Source: an uncultured Pseudomonadota bacterium
Lineage (GTDB): Bacteria > Pseudomonadota > Alphaproteobacteria > Acetobacterales > Acetobacteraceae
NCBI GenBank assembly: GCA_963778105.1
Contig: CAVZSZ010000004.1
Location: forward strand, 18,893-82,892
Direction of reading: 5' to 3'
DNA: 64,000 nucleotides
The first letter of the stretch is position 1; each line of letters opens with the position of its first letter. Both the position numbers and the translations under genes were made by a program. The notes beneath the pieces were generated by a model, which did not search any database, was not told the origin of the DNA, and saw only the letters and a list, made by a program, of their open reading frames with translations. This document shows positions 49,260 through 57,634 of this stretch, one piece after another.

Positions 49260-49685
49260 TCAAGTCAGCTGCGGCGGGTGCAGGTCGGCCGCGATGAAAC
49301 GGTCGATCGTGCGTCGGCGGAACCGCCAAGTCCCGTCCTGCTCCACCATGTCGTCCTCGTAGCCGCCGGCGGCGCTGACGATCGGACCCGTCGGGCTGTT
49401 CTGTGCCACCATCCAGTTGGACAGCACCCGCGCGCTGGCTCCGTCGAGCTTGATGACGACGTTGGTGACCAGGTGGACGCCGCGATGGCTTTGCCCCGGC
49501 GGGCGGGTGCCGCGGAGCTTTCGCACCAGCGCCTCGATCCCGTCCCGCCCGACGCCCTTGCCGAACGCCGTGTCCCAGACGCCGTCCTCGGTGAACAGCG
49601 CGGCCATGTCGGCGAAGCGGTCGTTGTCCAGGCAGAAGCAGTATTCCGACAGGACTTCCCTAATGGCGTTCTTTTGCTCGGCCAT
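49260..49685 (-). CDS. SnoaL-like (SnoaL_4 / ring-hydroxylating dioxygenase beta-like) NTF2-fold protein
   Basis: IREVLSEYCFCLDNDRFADMAALFTEDGVWD...H.VTN..I.LDG..A...S.... Confidence 0.7.
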   Translation of the reverse strand: MAEQKNAIREVLSEYCFCLDNDRFADMAALFTEDGVWDTAFGKGVGRDGIEALVRKLRGTRPPGQSHRGVHLVTNVVIKLDGASARVLSNWMVAQNSPTGPIVSAAGGYEDDMVEQDGTWRFRRRTIDRFIAADLHPPQLT

Positions 49686-49878
49686 GCACGGCATGGGTTC
49701 ATCTCTCCCGATTTTCGCCATTCTGCGCCGGCATTGCCGTCCGGGCCATACCCCGGTGAGGCGCGCCACCTCGCGAGCCCGTTACCATCCGGCCGAGGCG
49801 ACCAGCCGAGGCGAAATGTCATTGCCTTGTTGGCGGTCTCGGGGGAACACTCCGAATAGGCAGGCAGGCTGGGGAGCC

Positions 49879-51438
49879 ATGAAAATGAAGGATCTGCTAA
49901 ACCTCGGGCAGATGCTGTCGGTGCATGCCAGGCTATCGCCCGACAAGGTGGGCGCTCGCGATCTCAGCCGGCAGATGACGTTCCGTCAGTGGAACGGGAG
50001 GGCCTGCCGTCTGGCCCACGCGCTGCTCGGCCTTGGGCTGTCGAAGGGCGACCGCTTCGCGGTGCTGGCCTACAACTGCGTCGAATGGCTGGAGTTCTAT
50101 GCCGCCGCGGCGAAATCCGGGCTGATTATCGTGCCGATCAATTTCCGCCTGATCGGTGCGGAAATCCGCTTCATCCTCGACAATGCCGGCGTGACGGCGC
50201 TGATCGTGCAAGACGAACTAGCCGGCGTGGTCGACGAAATCCGTGCCGAACTGCCGATCCCGTCAGTCAAAATCATCCATTTCGGCGAGCGGCCCGGTCC
50301 GGCCGGATGCAGCGACTACGAAACGCTGCTGTCCCGCGCAACCGACCGCGAGCCCGACCAGAACGTGCTGCCATCCGATCCCTGGACCCTGATGTACACC
50401 TCGGGCACCACCGGCAATCCGAAGGGCGTGCTGCGCGATAATCGCAGCGGCGCACTGCTGTCAATGGTCACCGAGATCGAGCTTGGCGTCCAACGCACCG
50501 ACGGCGCCCTGCTCGTCATGCCGATGTGCCACGCGAACTCGCTGAACTTCTATGGCACGTTCGCCTATTATGGCGGTACGATCACGGTCTATTCGCGCAA
50601 GACCTTTGATCCGGAACATTGCGTGCGCACTCTGGCGGAGGGCGGCGCGAGCTTCACCTCGCTGGTGCCGACCCACTACATTATGATGCTCGGGCTGACG
50701 GCCGCCGTGCGCGAGCGTTACGAACTTGACCGCGTCACCAAGCTGATGATCTCGTCCGCGCCGGCGCGACAGGACACCAAGCGCGCCATCATGGAGATGT
50801 TCCGCAACTCCGGTCTGTATGAACTCTACGGCGCGACCGAGGTTGGCTGGGCCACCATGCTGCATCCGCACGAGCAGGAAACCAAGCTCGGTTCGGTCGG
50901 GCGGGAATGCGTCGGCTCGGCGCCGATCCGGCTGCTCGACGAGAGCGGGGCCGAGGTCGCCGACGGCGAAGCCGGCGAGCTTTATTGCAGCACACCCTAT
51001 ACTTTCGATCGATACTGGAACCTTCCCGAAAAGACCGCGGCGGCCTTCAACGGTGTGCATTGCTCGGTCGGCGACATGGCGCGGCGGGATGCGGACGGCT
51101 ACATCCACCTGGTCGATCGCAAGAGCAACATGATCATCTCGGGAGGCGAAAACATCTATCCCTCGGAAGTCGAGGCCGTGATCGGCGCCCACCCCCGCGT
51201 GAAGGATGTCGCGGTCGTCGGCTTGCCGGACGAGAAGTGGGGCGAGAGCGTGCATGCGGCCGTCGTGCTGCACCACGACGCCACAGCCGGCGAAGCAGAG
51301 CTGTCGGCATGGTGCAGGGAGCGGCTGGCCGGCTTCAAGCGGCCGCGCGCCTTCAGCTTCCTGGCGGAGGACGAGATGCCGCGCAACGCGACGGGAAAGA
51401 TCCTTCACCGCGCGCTGAAGGCGAAACTGCGGGGGTGA
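49879..51438 (+). CDS. acyl-CoA synthetase / AMP-dependent ligase
   Basis: AMP-binding motif MYTSGTTGNPKGV, GELY...GY, and the C-terminal PRNATGKILHRALK. GGGGAG RBS. Confidence 0.9.
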   Translation: MKMKDLLNLGQMLSVHARLSPDKVGARDLSRQMTFRQWNGRACRLAHALLGLGLSKGDRFAVLAYNCVEWLEFYAAAAKSGLIIVPINFRLIGAEIRFILDNAGVTALIVQDELAGVVDEIRAELPIPSVKIIHFGERPGPAGCSDYETLLSRATDREPDQNVLPSDPWTLMYTSGTTGNPKGVLRDNRSGALLSMVTEIELGVQRTDGALLVMPMCHANSLNFYGTFAYYGGTITVYSRKTFDPEHCVRTLAEGGASFTSLVPTHYIMMLGLTAAVRERYELDRVTKLMISSAPARQDTKRAIMEMFRNSGLYELYGATEVGWATMLHPHEQETKLGSVGRECVGSAPIRLLDESGAEVADGEAGELYCSTPYTFDRYWNLPEKTAAAFNGVHCSVGDMARRDADGYIHLVDRKSNMIISGGENIYPSEVEAVIGAHPRVKDVAVVGLPDEKWGESVHAAVVLHHDATAGEAELSAWCRERLAGFKRPRAFSFLAEDEMPRNATGKILHRALKAKLRG

Positions 51439-51570
51439 CGGCGCAACGCCACCGCGCGCCTTGAGCGCGGTCCCGAACGCGGCGCCGCCGATCTTCGGGC
51501 CGATCCTCATGGCGCCCGTTGCGGCTATCGCCGCCATTCGTGGATGAGACGAAAAGCAGGGGGGTAGCGG

Positions 51571-53280
51571 ATGAAAGCGGATCCTGACAGCGTCGCCGAT
51601 GTCGTCGCACGGCTGCTCCGGGCGCGCGGGGTGGCCCGTGTCTTCGCGCTGTGCGGCGGCCACATCATGCCGATCTGGATGCGGCTCGACGCGCACGGTA
51701 TCGGCATCGTCGACGTGCGCGACGAGCGTGCGGCCGTGCATATGGCGCAGGCCCACGCCGAGCTCACCGGCGAACTCGGCGTGGCGCTGGTCACGGCGGG
51801 GCCGGGCGTCACCAACGCGATGACGGGGATCGCCAACGCGCATGTCTCGCGCGCGCCGGTGCTGGTCATGGCGGGGACCAATCCGCGGCCGCAGGAAAAC
51901 CGCGGCGGCCTGCAGGATCTCGATCATACCCATCTGGTGCGCACCATCACCCGCTATGCGCGGACGGTACGCGATCCTGCGCTGGCGCTGGCCGAACTCG
52001 ATGAGGCGATCGCGCGCGCCTTCGGCGAAGGCGGCGAACCCGGCCCGTCCTATATCGACTTTCCGGTCGATACGCTGCGCAGCCCGGTGCCGAAACCGCT
52101 GCAGCTTGATGAGCATTTCCGGGCCAAGCCGCGGCTGGTGCAGCTGGCGGATCCCGCACAGGTCGCGGCCGCGGTCGATCTGCTGTGGTCGGCGCGGCGG
52201 GTTCTGGTGATTTCCGGGCGCGGCGCGCGTGGCGCGGGGCCGGAGTTGGTGACGCTGCTGGACCGCCTGGGTGCGGTGTATCTCGACACCGGGGAAAGCC
52301 GCGGGCTGGTGCCGGATTCGCACCCCTCGGTCGTCGGCGCGATGCGCGGCGCGGTGATGGGCGATGCAGATGTCGTGCTCACGGTCGGGCGCCGGCTCGA
52401 CTTCCAGCTCGCCTATGGCTCACCGGCCATCTTTGGTGCGGCACAGTTCGTCCGCATCGCCGATGTCGGGCCGGAGCTGCGCGACAATCGGCGCGGCACG
52501 GCCGAAATCCTGGCCTCGCCCCGGGAGACCCTGCGGGCGCTGGTCGAGGTCGCCGGCAACCGCCCCTCGGCGGTGGACCGCGACTGGGCGGCGAGGTTGC
52601 GCGCCGGACATGAGGAACGGGCGCGAAAGCTGCGCCATGCGATGGCCCAAGCGAAGCCGGGCAGCGATGGCAAACTGCATCCGAACCGGGTGCTCGCGGC
52701 GCTGCAAGAGGCGATGGGCATGGATGCGATCGTGATCACCGATGGTGGCGATTTTCTGAGTTTCGCCCGCATCGGACTGTCCGCGCCGACGATGCTCGAT
52801 CCCGGACCGTTCGGTTGCATCGGGATCGGCGTGCCGTACGGCATCGCCGCCGCCTTGGCGTTTCCGGACCGGAACGTGATCGTGGCGACGGGCGATGGCG
52901 CGTTCGGCTTCAATGGGATCGAGATCGACACCGCCGTTCGGCACAAGGCGCCGGTGCTGATCGTGGTGGCCAACAACGCCGCCTGGCAGATCGAAGTGCA
53001 TGACCAGACCGTCACGCACGGCAAGGTGGTCGGCACGCGGCTGCAATCGAGTGACCACGCCGCGATGGCGCGCGCTTTCGGCATGCATGGCGAGCGCGTC
53101 GAAACCGAGGCGGCACTGGCGCCGGCGATCGCGCGAGCGCTCGCCAACCGTCCTGCGCTGCTGGACGTCGTGGTTTCTCCGCAGGCCGTGTCGTCGGACG
53201 CCAAGACGGGACTGGCCTGGGTTCCCGACCTGCAACCCCTCGCGGCGTGGAACGAGGCAGAGGCGAAGTGGCGCCAATAA
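51571..53280 (+). CDS. thiamine diphosphate-dependent enzyme (acetolactate synthase / oxalyl-CoA decarboxylase / 2-hydroxyacyl-CoA lyase superfamily)
   Basis: N-terminal Pyr domain (VFALCGGHI...TAGPGVTNAMTGIANA) and the C-terminal ThDP motif GDGAFGFNGIEIDTAVRHKAPVLIVVANN. Confidence 0.9.
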   Translation: MKADPDSVADVVARLLRARGVARVFALCGGHIMPIWMRLDAHGIGIVDVRDERAAVHMAQAHAELTGELGVALVTAGPGVTNAMTGIANAHVSRAPVLVMAGTNPRPQENRGGLQDLDHTHLVRTITRYARTVRDPALALAELDEAIARAFGEGGEPGPSYIDFPVDTLRSPVPKPLQLDEHFRAKPRLVQLADPAQVAAAVDLLWSARRVLVISGRGARGAGPELVTLLDRLGAVYLDTGESRGLVPDSHPSVVGAMRGAVMGDADVVLTVGRRLDFQLAYGSPAIFGAAQFVRIADVGPELRDNRRGTAEILASPRETLRALVEVAGNRPSAVDRDWAARLRAGHEERARKLRHAMAQAKPGSDGKLHPNRVLAALQEAMGMDAIVITDGGDFLSFARIGLSAPTMLDPGPFGCIGIGVPYGIAAALAFPDRNVIVATGDGAFGFNGIEIDTAVRHKAPVLIVVANNAAWQIEVHDQTVTHGKVVGTRLQSSDHAAMARAFGMHGERVETEAALAPAIARALANRPALLDVVVSPQAVSSDAKTGLAWVPDLQPLAAWNEAEAKWRQ

Positions 53281-53321
53281 TCAGGTGGGAGGCATTCTGA
53301 CCGGAGGCGCCGCATCTACAA

Positions 53322-54506
53322 TCAACGTGGCTTCGCGCGATCCGCCGCGAAGAAATCTGCGGCGAAGTCCACCTGCCATTTTTGCTCGACCCGCTGAGGC
53401 TCGGGCGCCGGGAATGCCCTGACTCGGGTGTCGAATGCCGTCAGGTCGCGCACTGAAATGCCGACCGAGCAATGATCGGCAGCAACTGCCCCGGGGGTCG
53501 GTATCAAATATCGCGACCGGTCGCCGGAAGCGGTGCCTGGAAGCTTGACGGCCAGAAACGGCGAGCTCGACACCAGCGGTGCGCTCGAAACAACGGCATG
53601 GCCTCTCATCAGGCCGCAAATGACTGTCACGGGATGACCGGGCAGGTGCAGGTTGATGAACAGCGTGATCCCGCTGATCGCATCGACGACAACCATGTTC
53701 AGCGCCCAACCGCTCAAGGACGCATTTCCGGCCAGCTTGCTAGGCCCTAGGCGCGTGTTCTCGGAATATTCGGCCCGCAGCGTCCCGCTTCGGCCGAGTT
53801 CCAGCCTGAGCACACCGCTGAGGATGTGCTCGGGGAACTCGGGCGAGAACGAGCGGCAATAGCCACCGCACAGGCTGGCGAGCCCACCGACCAGCCCGTG
53901 AACCGCCGGCGATACGGGCTGACGTGGGGATGCCGTCGCGGCGGCGCGCACGAGCGAGGGCACCCCAATGCCGGTGGTTGTGGACACCTCCTCGATAAAC
54001 GCGTGCAAGGTACACGCGGCGATCCATTCACCAGAGCGCCGCAGGCCGAGGACCTGTGCCCAGTCGGCATAGACCGTTGCGTGCCGCGGCAACGCGCGAC
54101 CCTGCATCCACCTGTGCAGCGTCTCGGCCTCGCAACTGCAGCGCGGGTTCACGGCATGGAAGCGCGCGGTGAGTCCCTTGCGGCTCGATAACCCGAGCGC
54201 CGCCATTACGGACCGTGCCGGTGGACGAACGGCAACGCTGCACTTCCTTCGGTGCGCGGCGGTGTCGTCCAGCTGCGGTTGGCCGGCCGCATGCAAAACC
54301 TCGCGCAGCGTTGGCAGCCTGGGATCATCGGACAGCAGCCATCTGATAAACCACGATCTTCGCCGTGACCGCAGGATTTCTGCCCACGCTCGAATTCTGA
54401 CTTTGGCAGAACGGCGACGGCGCTGGCCAGATCCGGCAGCAAACGAATGTGCCAGCGTTGCGACGACGATCGTCTCGGTCCAGATAAGTCTCGAGTGAAG
54501 CGACAT
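53322..54506 (-). CDS. hypothetical protein (true start uncertain)
   Basis: Long ORF with non-artefactual composition in its distal two thirds. Its N-terminal part (codons around LPTLREVLHAAGQPQLDDTAAHRRKCSVAVRPPARS) is the repeated 110-bp segment. Confidence 0.4.
   Translation of the reverse strand: MSLHSRLIWTETIVVATLAHSFAAGSGQRRRRSAKVRIRAWAEILRSRRRSWFIRWLLSDDPRLPTLREVLHAAGQPQLDDTAAHRRKCSVAVRPPARSVMAALGLSSRKGLTARFHAVNPRCSCEAETLHRWMQGRALPRHATVYADWAQVLGLRRSGEWIAACTLHAFIEEVSTTTGIGVPSLVRAAATASPRQPVSPAVHGLVGGLASLCGGYCRSFSPEFPEHILSGVLRLELGRSGTLRAEYSENTRLGPSKLAGNASLSGWALNMVVVDAISGITLFINLHLPGHPVTVICGLMRGHAVVSSAPLVSSSPFLAVKLPGTASGDRSRYLIPTPGAVAADHCSVGISVRDLTAFDTRVRAFPAPEPQRVEQKWQVDFAADFFAADRAKPR
54210..54320 (-). 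repeat. 110-bp repeat, copy 2 (partner 8707-8816)
   Basis: See copy 1: about 85% identity, gap-free. Confidence 0.6.
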
Positions 54507-54789
54507 GATGTGTGAGCGCGTGTGGCGGTGACTGATGGCTTTGTCAACTTTCGCGGAATCGCCGACGTTCGCAATCTGCTTGTCCTGAGGCTACCGCCCA
54601 GCGACGAAAGCCTGTCCGCTTGCGCGCCTCCCGGTTGCCCGCGTCCCGAACAACGATGACGTAAATCACCGTATCCGGCAAAACCCGATCATACCGCGTC
54701 GCTTTCTTGACCCCATGCGCTGCCTTGCCAAGAATTGGCGTCATCTCGGATCCGGCACACGTGGTTGGGATCGCAACATAGGGAAAGCC

Positions 54790-54990
54790 AGTGGGCAGGT
54801 GTGGTTGGCGGTGCGGGCACCGTTGATGCGGGCAACCAGCGGATCCTCGACGCGACGGACTAGCGGGCTGCTCTCTGCGTCGGTCTGTACCGTGACGCCC
54901 AGCACGGGCGAACGTTTGGCAAGCTCGGCAGCGATATCGGCGCGAAGTCGATGCCCGGATGTTCCAGCACGGGTCCCGCCGCGCGCCGCA
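54790..54990 (-). pseudogene. remnant of a tandem-SnoaL gene (interdomain region), with stop and frameshifts
   Basis: Nucleotide similarity by eye to 7080-7230 (for example CCCAGCACGGGCGAACGTTTGGCAAGCTCGGCAGCGAT versus CCCAGCACCGGCGAACGATCGGCAAGCTCGGCAGCGAT). Translated VLEHPGIDF resembles VLEHLGIDP. Coordinates are approximate. Confidence 0.5.
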
Positions 54991-55138
54991 GCCGGCCTCT
55001 AGATCGGGCCCTGCATGAGACGCTGCGCGCGTGAATGTCGTGCGACCGGATCGGGATTGTGCCGCTGTTACAACACATCTAATATGGCAACGGTTTTCAA
55101 TGCGGCCGTAGGTGATGCCGGCCGTGGGGGGAGTGCGA

Positions 55139-55580
55139 ATGGCCGAATCCGATTTCTGGCAGGCGCTCAGCGATACAATCCATCGCGCGGTCAACTTGCG
55201 CGTGGTCACGCTGGTCGGCGATGCCGTCGTAAGCGGCACGCTTGAACGGCTGGAGGTCGGCGCTCCCGTTGCCTCGGCCGGCGCGCTGGTGACGGACATC
55301 AACCTGGCGGGCGGCGACATCACGCGTATAGTCAGCGACAAGCTGCTCGGCGCGGACTACGCCGATCTGCGCACCGCGCATCAGGAACTCGGTGAAGCAG
55401 GCGCAGGACATCGTGGAGCGCAACATCAACATCCTGGTGTCCCTGGTGAAGGAGATCGGCCACCAGCTCGGTGCGCTGCCGGCACCGACGACCGGCCCGG
55501 TCCGCGTCGTCGCCAACCGCGCGGAGCCCTCGGTACCAGTCACCGCCGCACCATCGCCGCAGCAACAGCAGCAGGCCTAG
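55139..55580 (+). pseudogene. hypothetical protein, first gene of a four-gene operon, one frameshift near 55390 as assembled
   Basis: ATG follows GGGGGAG. Reads MAESDFWQALSDTIHRAVNL...ADLRTAHQEL, then the protein-like sequence continues in the +1 frame (VKQAQDIVERNINILVSLVKEIGHQL...QQQQQA, stop 55580). The original frame becomes Gly/Pro/Arg-rich. Confidence 0.45.
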
Positions 55581-55589
55581 CAGCGGCCA

Positions 55590-55838
55590 TTGCCCGTGGC
55601 TGGCTTCGATCTGGCGCACACGGCGCGCAGCGTCCTCACCATCAAAGTCGACACCATCGTCCGCGACCATATGACCGGCAAGCAGATGCTGCCGGTGCCG
55701 CACACCCTGCTCGATATCGTGGGGTTGTATGCGCTCCTGCTGTGGTCGGTCGGCCCCTGGAAGGATCGGCGCGGCGCGATGAAGAAAGCTGTGGGGCCAG
55801 CGATCGGCACGCTGCTGGGCGTTGCGCACAAGCCATGA
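55590..55838 (+). CDS. hypothetical small membrane protein
   Basis: TTG start, weak RBS. One clear hydrophobic helix (LLDIVGLYALLLWSVGPW). Its stop overlaps the next ATG (ATGA). Confidence 0.4.
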   Translation: MPVAGFDLAHTARSVLTIKVDTIVRDHMTGKQMLPVPHTLLDIVGLYALLLWSVGPWKDRRGAMKKAVGPAIGTLLGVAHKP

Positions 55839-56380
55839 TCGCGCCGATCAACACTGCCCTGACCGACATCCGCGCGCTGCATGCAAGCTGGCAGACTGTG
55901 CGCGGCGGCTGGGCGGCGGCGCGCAGCGATGCGCGGCAGCTGATTCATCAACGCCGTATCATGATCGAGACCGCCGCCATGACTGCGGGCACGAAGCAGA
56001 CGGTGCTGCGCACGCGCATCCGTCTGATTGGGGACACGCAGACCGACATACTGCGCGGCTGGCTCGCAGAAACGCGGCCCGCCGCGCTCGAACAGGCAAC
56101 GCAGGCGCATTTCGAATCGGTCGCCGCCGCAATGGGGGGCTTCGCGGCTGCGCTTGCGATGGAGCGCCTTGCGACACGGCTGGTCATGCTTGGCGGAGCG
56201 CTCGCTGGTGTACTTGCCACATTACGCACTATGCTCACCGCCGAGCGCGTGCAATGGCTGCATCTGTTGTTGTCGCAATGGCTCGTGCTCGCGGGCTCCG
56301 GCCTCGTGCTGCTGGCCGTCCTGTTCCGCCTGCTCCTGCGCTGGCGTTTACGCGTCCTATTCCGCGGCGGCCTCAGATGA
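55835..56380 (+). CDS. hypothetical membrane protein (soluble helical N-part, two C-terminal TM helices)
   Basis: MIAPINTALTDIRALHASW... then LVMLGGALAGVLATL and WLVLAGSGLVLLAVLF. ATGA overlaps on both sides. Confidence 0.5.
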   Translation: MIAPINTALTDIRALHASWQTVRGGWAAARSDARQLIHQRRIMIETAAMTAGTKQTVLRTRIRLIGDTQTDILRGWLAETRPAALEQATQAHFESVAAAMGGFAAALAMERLATRLVMLGGALAGVLATLRTMLTAERVQWLHLLLSQWLVLAGSGLVLLAVLFRLLLRWRLRVLFRGGLR

Positions 56381-57621
56381 CAATCTTCGTCTCGATCGCC
56401 GCCTATCGCGACCCACAGCTCCTGCCGACGCTGCGCGACTGCCTCGCACGCGCGCGTTGGCCGCAGGATTTGCGCTTCGGCATCTGCTGGCAGCACGCCG
56501 AAGACGAGACGCGGCCGGCCGCGTTCGACGATCCGCGCATTCGCGTTCGCGAGGTGCCCTGGCGCGACAGCGGCGGCGCCTGCTGGGCGCGCGCCGCTGT
56601 CATGGCGCTGTTCGACGGCGAAGATTTCTTCCTGCAGATCGACTCGCACCACCGCTTCGCGCCCGACTGGGATACCCGCCTGCTCGCCCAGGCCGAGTGC
56701 AGCGGCGCGGCTTTGCCGCTGCTCACCAGCTACGCCGCCCCCTTTGATCCCGCCGCGCCGCTGCCACCCGGCGAGCCCATGCAGATGGATTTCGACCGGT
56801 TCACTGCGGATGCGATCCCGCTTTTCCGCCCGTGCCCCATCGCGCGCTGGAAGGACCGTGCACGGCCGTTGCAGGCGCGCTTTGTTTCCGGCCATTTTCT
56901 GTTCGCACCTGGCCGCTTCGTCGCCGACGTGCCGTACGATCCCGAGCTTTATTTCCATGGCGAGGAAATCACGCTGTCGATCCGTGCCTTCACGCACGGT
57001 TACACGCTGCTACACCCGTCGGTGCATATTCTCTGGCACGAATACACACGTGCCAATCGCGCGAAGCACTGGGACGATCATGTGGTCGCGCAGGGCGTTG
57101 CCCGCGAATGGCATGTCTGCGACGCGATCAGCCGCGCCAAGATCGTGCGCTTCCTCGCCGGGGCCGCGGTTGGCCCGCATGGCTGCGGCACCGTCCGCAG
57201 TTTCGCGGATTACGAGGCCCACGCCGGCCTCAGTTTCCGCCACAAGGCCGCGCAGGACGCGACGCTGCGCGGCGAGGAGCCACCGAACCCGTCGGCCCCA
57301 CCCGACTGGCCGACGCGGCTGCGCGAATGGCGCGTGCGCATCGCCCTCGACCGCGCCACACTCCCTCCGGCGGCCTACGCGCAGCCGCAATTCTGGTATG
57401 TCGGCTTCCACGACTCGGACGATACGGAAATCCATCGCGACGATGCGACGGGAGCGGAGCTGGATCGGCTGCTGGCAGCGCCCGGCCTGGTTATCGACCG
57501 GCAATTCCGCAGCGTGCGGCAACCCGTATCATGGACCATCTGGCCGGTCGGCGGCGACGGCGAATGGTTCGAAAAAACGGTCGGGAGCATCGGTCCAGGC
57601 TGCCTGTTGCCAGTCCGGTAG
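56377..57621 (+). CDS. GlcNAc-transferase family (Gnt1-like glycosyltransferase) protein
   Basis: MTIFVSIAAYRDPQLLPTLRDCL...FGICWQH...FLQIDSHHRF...YFHGEEITLSIRAFTHGY matches the remembered pattern of the Glycosyltransferase (GlcNAc) family. The 599-aa ORF extension is discarded. Confidence 0.7.
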   Translation: MTIFVSIAAYRDPQLLPTLRDCLARARWPQDLRFGICWQHAEDETRPAAFDDPRIRVREVPWRDSGGACWARAAVMALFDGEDFFLQIDSHHRFAPDWDTRLLAQAECSGAALPLLTSYAAPFDPAAPLPPGEPMQMDFDRFTADAIPLFRPCPIARWKDRARPLQARFVSGHFLFAPGRFVADVPYDPELYFHGEEITLSIRAFTHGYTLLHPSVHILWHEYTRANRAKHWDDHVVAQGVAREWHVCDAISRAKIVRFLAGAAVGPHGCGTVRSFADYEAHAGLSFRHKAAQDATLRGEEPPNPSAPPDWPTRLREWRVRIALDRATLPPAAYAQPQFWYVGFHDSDDTEIHRDDATGAELDRLLAAPGLVIDRQFRSVRQPVSWTIWPVGGDGEWFEKTVGSIGPGCLLPVR

Positions 57622-57634
57622 GCGCCGCGCGCCT

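Noticed and set aside
55822-56376. Upstream extensions of the GlcNAc-transferase ORF (55822-57621), of the first operon gene (from 55112), and of the toxin ORF (60941-61174)
   Set aside because: The extensions have shadow-ORF composition. The conserved N-termini start at internal ATGs that form ATGA overlaps with the preceding genes or follow good Shine-Dalgarno sequences.
56377-57621. Idea that the GlcNAc-transferase is itself an eCIS effector, by analogy with the glycosylating Afp18/PaTox toxins
   Set aside because: It lacks a DUF4157 or other cargo-marker N-terminus. It is on the opposite strand and is translationally coupled to membrane-protein genes. It is kept only as a neighbourhood observation.
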